NCBI RefSeq assembly: GCF_001997385.1
Contig: NZ_CP019633.1
Span: 960,001 to 992,000 of the forward strand
Length of the DNA: 32,000 bases
Origin: Sedimentisphaera cyanobacteriorum
GTDB taxonomy: Bacteria; Planctomycetota; Phycisphaerae; Sedimentisphaerales; Sedimentisphaeraceae
Reading direction: 5' to 3'
Numbering within the stretch: the stretch's first letter is position 1; each line of letters begins with the position of its first letter. The notes beneath the pieces are model-generated. The model was not told the DNA's origin and did not search any database. It saw only the letters and a program-made list of their open reading frames with translations. The position numbers and the translations under genes are program-made. Shown here piece after piece: positions 7,615 to 15,662 of this stretch.

Positions 7615-8334
7615 TTAGTATCCCCCTTTGCCAAGCAAAACTGCCGGTATTGTCTTTAGCAGTAATTTAACATCCGTAAAAAAACTCCGGCTTTTTATAT
7701 AGTCCAAATCCAGCTGCACCTGCTGTGTGAATGGTATATCGCTTCTTCCTGAAACCTGCCATACGCAGGTTATCCCCGGGCGAACATGAAGCCTTTTTCT
7801 CTGCTCCAATGTGTATTGAGCCACCTCCGCAGGCAGCGGAGGCCTCGGGCCTACAAGGCTCATATCCCCTTTCAGCACGTTTAGCAGCTGAGGAAGCTCA
7901 TCTATGCTGAACTTCCTGATAAATCTGCCTATTGGGGTAACTCTTGGATCTTTTTTCATCTTGAAAATCACCCCATCTGAGGATTCATTGGATTCGAGAA
8001 TTTGTTCCTTAATCTTGTCTGCATTTACAACCATAGACCTGAATTTATACATATCGAAAAGACGCCCGTTTTTACCCACCCTTTTCTGAACGAATAAAAC
8101 AGAGCCCTTATCGTGCAGATAAATTGAAAGCGCAGTAATAATAAAAACAGGAGACAAAATCAATACAGCCGTCAAAGAGCCAGCTATATCAATCACTCTC
8201 TTCAGGAATAAGGAAAAAATCAGAGTCCATTCCCAACTATAGACCTTCATCTTTCTCTTAAACAGCTCCGACTTAGTCGGGGCTGTTACAACTTCATCGA
8301 GAAGCTGCTGTCGAACAATAGGATCGATGTCCAT
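7615..8334 (-). CDS. Initiating phosphoglycosyltransferase (Bac_transf family, small WbaP/PglC-like sugar transferase); catalytic motifs intact
   Basis: The motifs are FVQKRVGKNGRLFDMYKFRSM, DPRVTPIGRFIRKFSIDELPQLLNVLKGDMSLVGPRPPLPAEV, RPGITCVWQVSGR and DLDYIKSRSFFTDVKLLLKTI. One N-terminal re-entrant/TM helix is present (VLILSPVFIITALSIYL). The ORF track starts at a TTG at 8340. An ATG at 8334 lies 2 nt after the upstream TGA, and either start is possible. Confidence 0.85.
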   Translation of the reverse strand: MDIDPIVRQQLLDEVVTAPTKSELFKRKMKVYSWEWTLIFSLFLKRVIDIAGSLTAVLILSPVFIITALSIYLHDKGSVLFVQKRVGKNGRLFDMYKFRSMVVNADKIKEQILESNESSDGVIFKMKKDPRVTPIGRFIRKFSIDELPQLLNVLKGDMSLVGPRPPLPAEVAQYTLEQRKRLHVRPGITCVWQVSGRSDIPFTQQVQLDLDYIKSRSFFTDVKLLLKTIPAVLLGKGGY

Positions 8335-8336
8335 AT

Positions 8337-9557
8337 TCAACCCTTATCTAATTGCTTCTTCCATTTGCGTACACGGTGCAGAAACACCGGGTTTCCCAAA
8401 ATATAACGCCGCCACATCCGCCCGGGCTCCTGAATAAGGCGGTAAATCCACTCGCCGCCTAAATCCCTGAGCCAGCCGGGGGCTCTCCTGATATTGCCCG
8501 AATAGAAATCGAACAATCCGCCCACACCCATTACTACGGGCGGGGAAAGCCTGCTTCTGTTTTCATAAATCCATTTTTCCTGTACAGGTACGCCAAATGC
8601 CACAAGAAGCACCTGAGCACCTGTTTTATTTACAGCCTCGATGACAGACTCAGTTTCACCGTCTTTCTGGAAGTAGCCGTCTCTATAGCCTGCTATTTTA
8701 AGACTGGTATATTCCTCTCTCAGTATAGATACCATCCGGGCTGCAATGCCTGGTTTTGCGCCAAGAAAGTACATCGAATAACCCCTCTGCTGGCACATAC
8801 TGCACAGCAGGGGAAACATATCTGTTCCGTTTACATTTTGTTTGAGAGTCTGTCCTGTCATTTTACTGCCTATGTTTATTCCTACTCCGTCAGGAAATAC
8901 ATAATCGGCACTTCGTAGTATATCAAAATAATACTTGTCTGTGAAGGTTTTATTTAAACAATCAGGATTTATAAAAAAGTACATGCCTTTATTAGAGTTT
9001 TCAACACCATTTTGAATAAATCCCAAGGCCTCGTTCATAGTGCAGTTATTGAACGTAACGTCTAAAAGTGTAACAGTGTCTTTGATGGAGGTTTCATCGG
9101 ATTTATATAGTGAAGCGGGTATGTATTTTATTATTATCGCAAGATCCTTTTTAAGCCCCCTGCCGCTAAGCTGGAGAAGATCTATATCGGTTTTTTCGGC
9201 GTGATGTATTTTTGTATGTTTTTTTACATACCACAAATTGAAAATTCCGGGTTTTAAGCTGGTTATCTCTTTGGGCAGCTGGCCTTGCGAATATTCATCG
9301 CAGAAGTAAAAACTTGTGCCCACAAGCGTAATATCGCCCTTCAGCAGGCTGAAAAACAGCGGCAGCGAAGAGAAAAAAGTGTTCCGCATTCCAAACCAGC
9401 ACACCTTAACCTCGCTGCAATCTTTGCCGAAAATCTTTCGGCAAGTCAAAAAATTTCTGCCGAACAATAAAGACACAGCCCCCCATATCACGGCGCATGG
9501 CAGACCGAAAAGAAGCAGTACTGCAATGGAAGCAAGTATGTCAATAAATCGCCTCAT
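8337..9557 (-). CDS. Fusion protein: degenerate Bac_transf-like N-terminal membrane domain + WecG/TagA/CpsF-family glycosyltransferase (GT26)
   Basis: 406 aa. The N-terminal ~150 aa follow the Bac_transf layout: RRFIDILASIAVLLLFGLPCAVIWG, ..SSLPLFFSLLKGDITLVGTS.., KPGIFNLWYV and DIDLLQLSGRGLKKDLAIIIKYI. They lack the KFRTM, DE-dyad and PRP motifs. The C-terminal half has WecG/TagA hallmarks: VFPDGVGINIGSK, YFLGAKPGIA, LLVAFGVPVQEKWIYEN and VMGVGGLFDFYSGNIRRAPGWLRDLGGEWIYRLIQEPGRMWRRY. There is an ATGA overlap with the upstream gene at 9554-9557. Confidence 0.75.
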   Translation of the reverse strand: MRRFIDILASIAVLLLFGLPCAVIWGAVSLLFGRNFLTCRKIFGKDCSEVKVCWFGMRNTFFSSLPLFFSLLKGDITLVGTSFYFCDEYSQGQLPKEITSLKPGIFNLWYVKKHTKIHHAEKTDIDLLQLSGRGLKKDLAIIIKYIPASLYKSDETSIKDTVTLLDVTFNNCTMNEALGFIQNGVENSNKGMYFFINPDCLNKTFTDKYYFDILRSADYVFPDGVGINIGSKMTGQTLKQNVNGTDMFPLLCSMCQQRGYSMYFLGAKPGIAARMVSILREEYTSLKIAGYRDGYFQKDGETESVIEAVNKTGAQVLLVAFGVPVQEKWIYENRSRLSPPVVMGVGGLFDFYSGNIRRAPGWLRDLGGEWIYRLIQEPGRMWRRYILGNPVFLHRVRKWKKQLDKG

Positions 9558-10672
9558 CTGCCGCTCCTGATGCTGGAGAACTGCTCTAAAAGTGTGTCAG
9601 CGTGTTTTTCCCAGCTGAAGTCCTCAATCCTGTCCTTTCCCTTCTCTATGAGCGATTTGCTGAGATTTTCATCCTTTATAGCCATCTCGATCTTTTCTGC
9701 AATCTCGTTCGGATTTTTTGGGTCGAACACCAAAACAGCATCTCCGCCAATCTCTTCAAGCGAAGTCCCTTTAGAGCAAACACAGGGTACGCAGCAGTAC
9801 ATTGCCTCCAAAAGCGGAATCCCAAACCCCTCGCAAAATGAAGGAAACGCATACACCGAAGCCCCTTTGTATAGATGAGGCAGGCAGGAATCTTCAACAA
9901 AGCCCAGAAAATTTATTCGCTCTTTTTTCTCTGATCTCTCAGCAGCCTCCCTTACAGCTCTCGCACCAGACCAGTCGCTTCCGACAAAAACAAGCTGATA
10001 CTCAGAATAATAATCATCTAAAAGCTCAAAGGCCTTAATTAAATTCAGATGATTTTTCCCCGGGTGCTCAATCCTAGATAAATACAAAATATAAGGCGGC
10101 TCAACCTTCAGCTCAGCAAGCTTTTCCGGCGAATATTCAACATCAAGACGGTCTCTCTCAAAGCCGTTGTAATTTACAAATATCTTGCCCTGGTCGATAT
10201 TGTAATATTTGCGGATATCATTCTCTGTGCTCTTGCTGATTGCGCAAATCTTATCGGCCTTATTTAAAAATTTTCTCAAAAACTTAAAAACGTACCAAGT
10301 CCTCAATGTGTCGTATTTTTCGGATACGTGGAACTGAGAGAGGTCGTGAAAAGTAACAACAGACGGCCTAGAGAACCACGAAAAGAGCCTTCTGTTTGCC
10401 GCTGGAAGAAAGATAAAATCACATTTGCCAGCAGCAGGCTGCAGAGGCAGAACAAACAAATGCCAGAGGGCATTGAACCCGGGAGCGCCGAAAAAATCGG
10501 GGTATTTTATAAGCTTAATACCTTCGATGCCCTCGAAATATTTGGCATCCGAGACCAAAACAGCAAGCTCTATCTCAGCATTCTTCGCAAGCTCCCGAAC
10601 TACGTTGTAAATGTAGTTTGAGATGCCGCTTTTGCCATTGTCGAAAGCCATTGCGCTGACGAATATCTTCAT
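9554..10672 (-). CDS. Glycosyltransferase family 4 (GT-B, GT4)
   Basis: The GT4 C-terminal signature is PSFCEGFGIPLLEAM..VPCVCS. The ORF track starts at 10699. I prefer the ATG at 10672 (MKIFVSAMAFDNGKSG), which forms an ATGA stop/start overlap with the upstream gene at 10669-10672. Confidence 0.8.
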   Translation of the reverse strand: MKIFVSAMAFDNGKSGISNYIYNVVRELAKNAEIELAVLVSDAKYFEGIEGIKLIKYPDFFGAPGFNALWHLFVLPLQPAAGKCDFIFLPAANRRLFSWFSRPSVVTFHDLSQFHVSEKYDTLRTWYVFKFLRKFLNKADKICAISKSTENDIRKYYNIDQGKIFVNYNGFERDRLDVEYSPEKLAELKVEPPYILYLSRIEHPGKNHLNLIKAFELLDDYYSEYQLVFVGSDWSGARAVREAAERSEKKERINFLGFVEDSCLPHLYKGASVYAFPSFCEGFGIPLLEAMYCCVPCVCSKGTSLEEIGGDAVLVFDPKNPNEIAEKIEMAIKDENLSKSLIEKGKDRIEDFSWEKHADTLLEQFSSIRSGR

Positions 10673-11835
10673 AGAGCATTCTCCGCAAGCTCGAGGCAAA
10701 TCTTTCTCATAGCAGATTCAAATTTTTCAGGCGTATAATTTTCTTTCACGATTCTTCTGCCTTCCATTCCCAGTTTTCTTCTCAGTTCGGTATTATCTTT
10801 CAGCTTTTCCAAAGCGCAGGCAAAACCTATCACATCCCCTTCACGAACGAGAAACCCGTTTACGTTATCTTTGAGCCATTCTCCGATACCGCCAACATCA
10901 AAACCCACAACCGGCTTTCGGTGTGCGCCCGCCTCCACGCCAACAAGGCCGTACGGCTCCTGCCAGCGGGAAGGAACTGCAACAACATCACAGCTTTCGT
11001 AAAGCTCTTCGGGACTGCTGCACCAGCCTGAAAATTCCACCTTATCAGCTAACCCCTCTGAAGCAGCCAGCATCTTGAGATTTTCTGAATCGTTTCCGCG
11101 TCCTGCTATTTTGCACTCCCAGCCCGGACTGAGATATTTCAAGGATTTTATCAGAAGATCAACCCCTTTGCCCTTTATGAGCTGGCCAATATATAATATC
11201 TTAAATTTTTCACTTTTGCCGCTTGAAGGCGTTTTAGAAGGAGCAATTATAGGCTGAAGTTTTGTAATCCTGGACGTATCAAATCCGTTCGCAGAGAGAT
11301 TATCACGCATATAATCAGAGAGAACCATGAAGCGGCTGCTTCTTTTCAGCCGGCGAAACATAGAGCAGAAACGTTTTACATTCAAAAACGAAACTTTAAG
11401 GGGGCTTTCCGGATTTTTCTCTATCATACCCGAACAAAGCAGGCAGTACAGGCCTGCTGGTTTATGGCAGTTTCGTCTTGTAACAGGGAAATATTTATGC
11501 TTTCTAAGACAATAGTAATCATGGTCGTGGAATAGAACAATCGTTTTAAATCTCTTGCTAACCTCTTCAAGCAGCTGGGGCGAGAAGATCTTATGCACAA
11601 AAGCAATTTTCACTCCATCATTTTTCAGGGAATCAAGGCTCTCTTCAAGCCTTCCGGAATTGGCAAATACACAGTCTTTAAAGGCCTTTCCAAAAGAGCT
11701 CTCAAATTCCTGCTGCTTTTCGAAAAGACCCCAGCATTCCCAGCCAGCTTCAGTAAGACTTTTAACGGACTTGAAAACAAAAGATTCAACTCCGCCAAAG
11801 AAACCGCATTTGTGATTTACATAAAGAATCTTCAT
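10669..11835 (-). CDS. Glycosyltransferase family 4 (GT4) with a four-Cys insert in the N-terminal domain
   Basis: Motifs are MKILYVNHKCGFFGGVE.., VPSRWQEPYGLVGVEAGAHRKPVVGFDVGGIGEWL, and the Cys cluster HDHDYYCLRKHKYFPVTRRNCHKPAGLYCLLC. Confidence 0.8.
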   Translation of the reverse strand: MKILYVNHKCGFFGGVESFVFKSVKSLTEAGWECWGLFEKQQEFESSFGKAFKDCVFANSGRLEESLDSLKNDGVKIAFVHKIFSPQLLEEVSKRFKTIVLFHDHDYYCLRKHKYFPVTRRNCHKPAGLYCLLCSGMIEKNPESPLKVSFLNVKRFCSMFRRLKRSSRFMVLSDYMRDNLSANGFDTSRITKLQPIIAPSKTPSSGKSEKFKILYIGQLIKGKGVDLLIKSLKYLSPGWECKIAGRGNDSENLKMLAASEGLADKVEFSGWCSSPEELYESCDVVAVPSRWQEPYGLVGVEAGAHRKPVVGFDVGGIGEWLKDNVNGFLVREGDVIGFACALEKLKDNTELRRKLGMEGRRIVKENYTPEKFESAMRKICLELAENAL

Positions 11836-11846
11836 TAAAACGCCCG

Positions 11847-13040
11847 CTAAACCTGATTAATCAAGCTTTCGAAAGTTTTTACGTAGAGGTTAGTTAGATA
11901 CTGATAGGTATATTTTTCCCTAACCAGCTTCTCCCCCTCTCTTGCCAAATCCGGGAAAGCGTCCCTGTTTTGGAAGGCCTTTTCCATTTTTTCGGCCAGA
12001 TGGGAGACATCCGCCCTTCTGAATGTGTAGCCGTTTACATCTTCCTGAACGAGATTCGGATCCACAACATCGCTCTGAAGCACCGGCGTACCGCTTATCC
12101 AGCTCTCCACAACTACCGCACCTGAATTCATAAAACGAACCGGTATAACATGGATATCTGAATGCCTCAGCCAGCCGATTACCTCCTCTCTTTGCACCAT
12201 TCCTGTGAAAAGCACTCTGTCTTCAAGCCCGTTCTGCTTTATTAAGGCCTTCATTTCAGAGGTTATTTGAGGGTCGTAATCCTGCCTGCCTACAAAAACA
12301 AACTTTGACCCCGGAAGCTTATCTGCAACCTCTGCGAAGGCCTTCAGAGCTATGTCCTGCCCCTTTATCCTGCAGACGCGTCCCAGAGAAAGGAATACAA
12401 ATTCGTTTTCCTCAATCCCGTATTTCGATCTTGGGTTTGGAGCATCAAAATTATCATATTCTTCAAGCCGTATAGGCACAGGTGAATAGCCTACATTGCG
12501 GTTGTATTTCTTGAAAAACTCAATCTCCTTGTTTGATATTGCGAAGATATAGTCAAATCGTTTGAGAAAAATCTTCTGATACCACCTCGCCTCCTCACGC
12601 TCCATAATGTTCGGGTCTATATCACCAGTCTGGAGGATTATCTGGCTGTAATCGAGCCAGTCGAAACAGCAGAGAACGTTTTTCTTTCCGGACAATTTGG
12701 CCGCAAGGAATCCGAGCATATTATTTTTGCTCAGTGCGGGAAAATACATCACAACATCATAACCGCCCGTAAGTATCTTAAAAAAGACCGAAGGCATAAA
12801 TGTTTCTGTTTTTATGTTGGGGTATTCACCATTGGGGTTTTTCCAGTCTTTGAGGCGGAAAAGCTCAAATCCGCTGAGCTTTTCATAATCCGCTGCGTCA
12901 ATGCGTTTCGGGCAGAAAACCGCCACCTCATGCTGCTTTGCAAGACTGCAAGCCTGATAGTAAATGTTGGTTTCAGCTCCTCCCACCTCAGGATAAAATC
13001 TGTTGGTAACAATAGCTATTTTCACTTTACTCAGCTCCAA
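11847..13040 (-). CDS. Glycosyltransferase family 4 (GT4)
   Basis: The N-terminus IAIVTNRFYPEVGGAETNIY is a GT4 N-terminal motif. The C-terminal half reads ..DIHVIPVRFMNSGAVVVESWISGTPVLQSD.. A 134-nt gap lies upstream, the only sizeable gap in the operon. Confidence 0.75.
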   Translation of the reverse strand: MELSKVKIAIVTNRFYPEVGGAETNIYYQACSLAKQHEVAVFCPKRIDAADYEKLSGFELFRLKDWKNPNGEYPNIKTETFMPSVFFKILTGGYDVVMYFPALSKNNMLGFLAAKLSGKKNVLCCFDWLDYSQIILQTGDIDPNIMEREEARWYQKIFLKRFDYIFAISNKEIEFFKKYNRNVGYSPVPIRLEEYDNFDAPNPRSKYGIEENEFVFLSLGRVCRIKGQDIALKAFAEVADKLPGSKFVFVGRQDYDPQITSEMKALIKQNGLEDRVLFTGMVQREEVIGWLRHSDIHVIPVRFMNSGAVVVESWISGTPVLQSDVVDPNLVQEDVNGYTFRRADVSHLAEKMEKAFQNRDAFPDLAREGEKLVREKYTYQYLTNLYVKTFESLINQV

Positions 13041-13174
13041 AACAGAACCTGATTATCAGCTGAGTTCACATACATCAAAGTGAATTCAGCAGAAAACTGA
13101 TTAATACCATCTATACTAAAAATAAATATTCTATGTACAACCTAATTCTTGTAAAAAAGCCGGAAAGGGGGCGT

Positions 13175-14014
13175 CTAACTGTAATATTCCTTGATTCCTC
13201 TGTACACACTGCTTCTCTGAAGCCAGCGGTATTTCGGCGCCCATAGGAACAAATCCGGCCTGCCGATTTTTAAAAGATATATCCAGTCTCTCAAAGTCTC
13301 TGCTGCTGCCGGTTTGATAACGCAGGAAAGAAAGTTTTCTTGTGCGGGCCTTCTGCCATAAATTGCAGGCTCAGCGAGACCTTCGCCGTAAAATCTTTTC
13401 TTTATTTCTTCAACAGTATAATTATGAGAATGCTCAACCACTGCCCCCTCTGCAAAAGCAATCTTCTCACCCCTCTGCCGTGCGCGCCAAGCCCACTCCA
13501 CATCCTCAGAATACTGCACTTCTTCATTGAATGGATGCTCAAGCAATGAGCTCTTTCTGATTGCACTTGTGGCGAGTGAGAAAAAATTCCCCCATTTGAG
13601 CGATTTACTGCTGAAAGCCCTGCTGTAATCCTTTACTACAAGCGGGTCTGCATCTTTTCTTGGCACCTGTTTGCCGTAAACAGCGGTTACCTGCTTATCA
13701 TCGAAAGGCTTTATCAAATTCTCAAGCCAATATTCGCCCTGAATAACACAGTCAGAATTATTGAAAACTATTAACTCGCCCCTGCATTTGCTAACCGCTT
13801 CATTGAGCACTTTACCCGGGACATACCTGCCTTCTATTCGGTAGGCATCAGAGCAGAATGAACACAGCTTTTCGTATGTCCCGTCTGTTGAATTGGAATC
13901 CGGGCATACAAGCTGAAAATCCTTAAAGCTCTGCTTGGATATCATCTCAAGGGTTTGCTCAATGAATTCTATATCATTGCACGCCCTTACAACTATGCTT
14001 ACTTGAGGGTTCAT
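13175..14014 (-). CDS. Glycosyltransferase family 2 (GT-A, GT2)
   Basis: Motifs are VSIVVRACNDIEFIEQTLEMISKQSF, QLVCPDSNSTDGT (compare DDGSTDGT) and the DxD-like IVFNNSDCVI. Confidence 0.7.
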   Translation of the reverse strand: MNPQVSIVVRACNDIEFIEQTLEMISKQSFKDFQLVCPDSNSTDGTYEKLCSFCSDAYRIEGRYVPGKVLNEAVSKCRGELIVFNNSDCVIQGEYWLENLIKPFDDKQVTAVYGKQVPRKDADPLVVKDYSRAFSSKSLKWGNFFSLATSAIRKSSLLEHPFNEEVQYSEDVEWAWRARQRGEKIAFAEGAVVEHSHNYTVEEIKKRFYGEGLAEPAIYGRRPAQENFLSCVIKPAAAETLRDWIYLLKIGRPDLFLWAPKYRWLQRSSVYRGIKEYYS

Positions 14015-14023
14015 AAAGCCCGC

Positions 14024-15646
14024 CTAATCATTATTTAGATACACGGAGGTTTCATTCATACTGTCAAAACGCTGCCTTTTTATCGCCTTGGATATGCTCT
14101 TTATAATTGCCATTCCCCTGCCGGATTCTGAGAACTTATCCATCTTTTCGAAAAACCCCTCTAAGCTCGCCTGGAGAATATCGGGTTTCCATTCAACACC
14201 ATTGTCTATAAAACGAAGGTTCACCCCGCTTTCATCAAATAAAAGCTGTATCAAAACCAAAGGCACCTCCTTGGGACGTAATCCGTGAGATATTATGTTT
14301 GTAACAAACTCGCTTGTAACCAGCTCCGCCTCTGCGGCAAGCTTGTTTGACCAGCTCTTCTCAAAACAGAGCCTTTCAATAATCTTGCTTGCCAAAGACA
14401 CATTATCGAGTTTATAGTCAGCGGCTTCAAATTTGCTTATCCCCGATTCGGTTGCCCCTGTAAGCTGGCTCAGCTCAAAAGTGAAGGTGTCTGGTTTGGA
14501 GCTCTTCTCAAAGCTCAGCATAGAGAAATCGTCCTGACTGATCTGGTAGCCTGCATTGTAGAGCCAAGACTTTACCTTATGCGGCAGGAGAAGGCAGGTA
14601 TCAGGGATTATTACGCTCTCAAGCAGGTCTATGAATCCATCGATACCCAGCTCTTCGCTGTCCTGCCCTTCGCATTCAATAATCCCGTCTGTAAGAAGTA
14701 TGTAAATATTATCTCCTGAGAGCCTTATCTGGTCCTGTTCTTCTTTGCAGTATTCCAGAGAAGCATCCCAGCCTATGGGTATCGAACCTTTGTTTGTGAG
14801 CTTAGAGCCTTTTCGCTGATTGCAGTTGAATTGTATGATGGGCAGATGGCCTGCATTGAAAAAGGTAAATTCATCGCTGCTCAAATCAATCACGCCGGCA
14901 AGAAGGGTCATATAGTGATTCTCGAACAAATTTCCTGCAAGCGTTTTGTTGAGTATGTTCATCAGCTCGTAGGGCTCGATTTCGCCGTCTTTTTCTTCGA
15001 TTATAACCCTTATGGTTGATTTAACTGCCGCCATAAGAAGGGCTGCCTGAGCCCCGTGCCCTGAGATATCACCAATATATATAAAAATCCTGTCCGCAGA
15101 GAGCTTGATAATATCGTAGAGATCCCCGCCGATCTGGGTTGAAGGGGAATAGCCGGAACAGAAATTCATATCAGTATCTACTACAAACTGTGGCGGGAGC
15201 ATATGAAACTGAATTTTTGAAGCCACCTTCAGATCTCTGAGAAGGCTTGAATAAAGCTCCCTTATCTTATTCTCAGCCTCTTTGTTCTTAAGTATATTGT
15301 TCGTTCTGGCCTTGAGCTCCAAATCATCAACCGGCTTTCTGATATAGTCTATCGCACCAGCCTCAAAACCCTTGCGGAGATAATCGCTGTCGCTCAGCGC
15401 TGTAACCAAAATCACCGGGATGTTTTCATTTATTTCTCTGATTTTTGCGCAAACCTGAAACCCGTCAATCTCAGGCATCATTATGTCCAGATATATTAAG
15501 TCGTATTTATTTCGCTTAACCATCTCAAGACACTGAAAACCGGATTCTGTTGAGTCTACTGCAAAATCCTCCCTGTATTCCAGCATAGACTGAAGCGTAA
15601 AGATGTTAGATGGTTCGTCATCTACGACCAAAAGCCTTTTAAGCAT
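14024..15646 (-). CDS. Response-regulator receiver + PP2C/SpoIIE-type Ser phosphatase + RsbW/SpoIIAB-like (HATPase_c_2-type) Ser kinase fusion
   Basis: 540 aa. The REC domain shows LLVVDDEPSN, DLIYLDIMMPEIDG, ILVTAL and IRKP. The PP2C domain shows GGDLYD, IGDISGHGAQAALLMA, LLTDGIIE and SQDDFSMLSF. The C-terminal ~150 aa carry an N-box-like TSEFVTNIISHG, a G1-like RFIDNGVEW and a G2-like SGRGMAIIKS. Confidence 0.75.
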   Translation of the reverse strand: MLKRLLVVDDEPSNIFTLQSMLEYREDFAVDSTESGFQCLEMVKRNKYDLIYLDIMMPEIDGFQVCAKIREINENIPVILVTALSDSDYLRKGFEAGAIDYIRKPVDDLELKARTNNILKNKEAENKIRELYSSLLRDLKVASKIQFHMLPPQFVVDTDMNFCSGYSPSTQIGGDLYDIIKLSADRIFIYIGDISGHGAQAALLMAAVKSTIRVIIEEKDGEIEPYELMNILNKTLAGNLFENHYMTLLAGVIDLSSDEFTFFNAGHLPIIQFNCNQRKGSKLTNKGSIPIGWDASLEYCKEEQDQIRLSGDNIYILLTDGIIECEGQDSEELGIDGFIDLLESVIIPDTCLLLPHKVKSWLYNAGYQISQDDFSMLSFEKSSKPDTFTFELSQLTGATESGISKFEAADYKLDNVSLASKIIERLCFEKSWSNKLAAEAELVTSEFVTNIISHGLRPKEVPLVLIQLLFDESGVNLRFIDNGVEWKPDILQASLEGFFEKMDKFSESGRGMAIIKSISKAIKRQRFDSMNETSVYLNND

Positions 15647-15662
15647 AAATCAATCTCCGTTT

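Noticed and set aside
13060-13089. Palindrome in the GT2/GT4 gap as an intrinsic terminator
   Set aside because: No U-tract follows the hairpin on either strand. It is kept only as a low-interest regulatory candidate.
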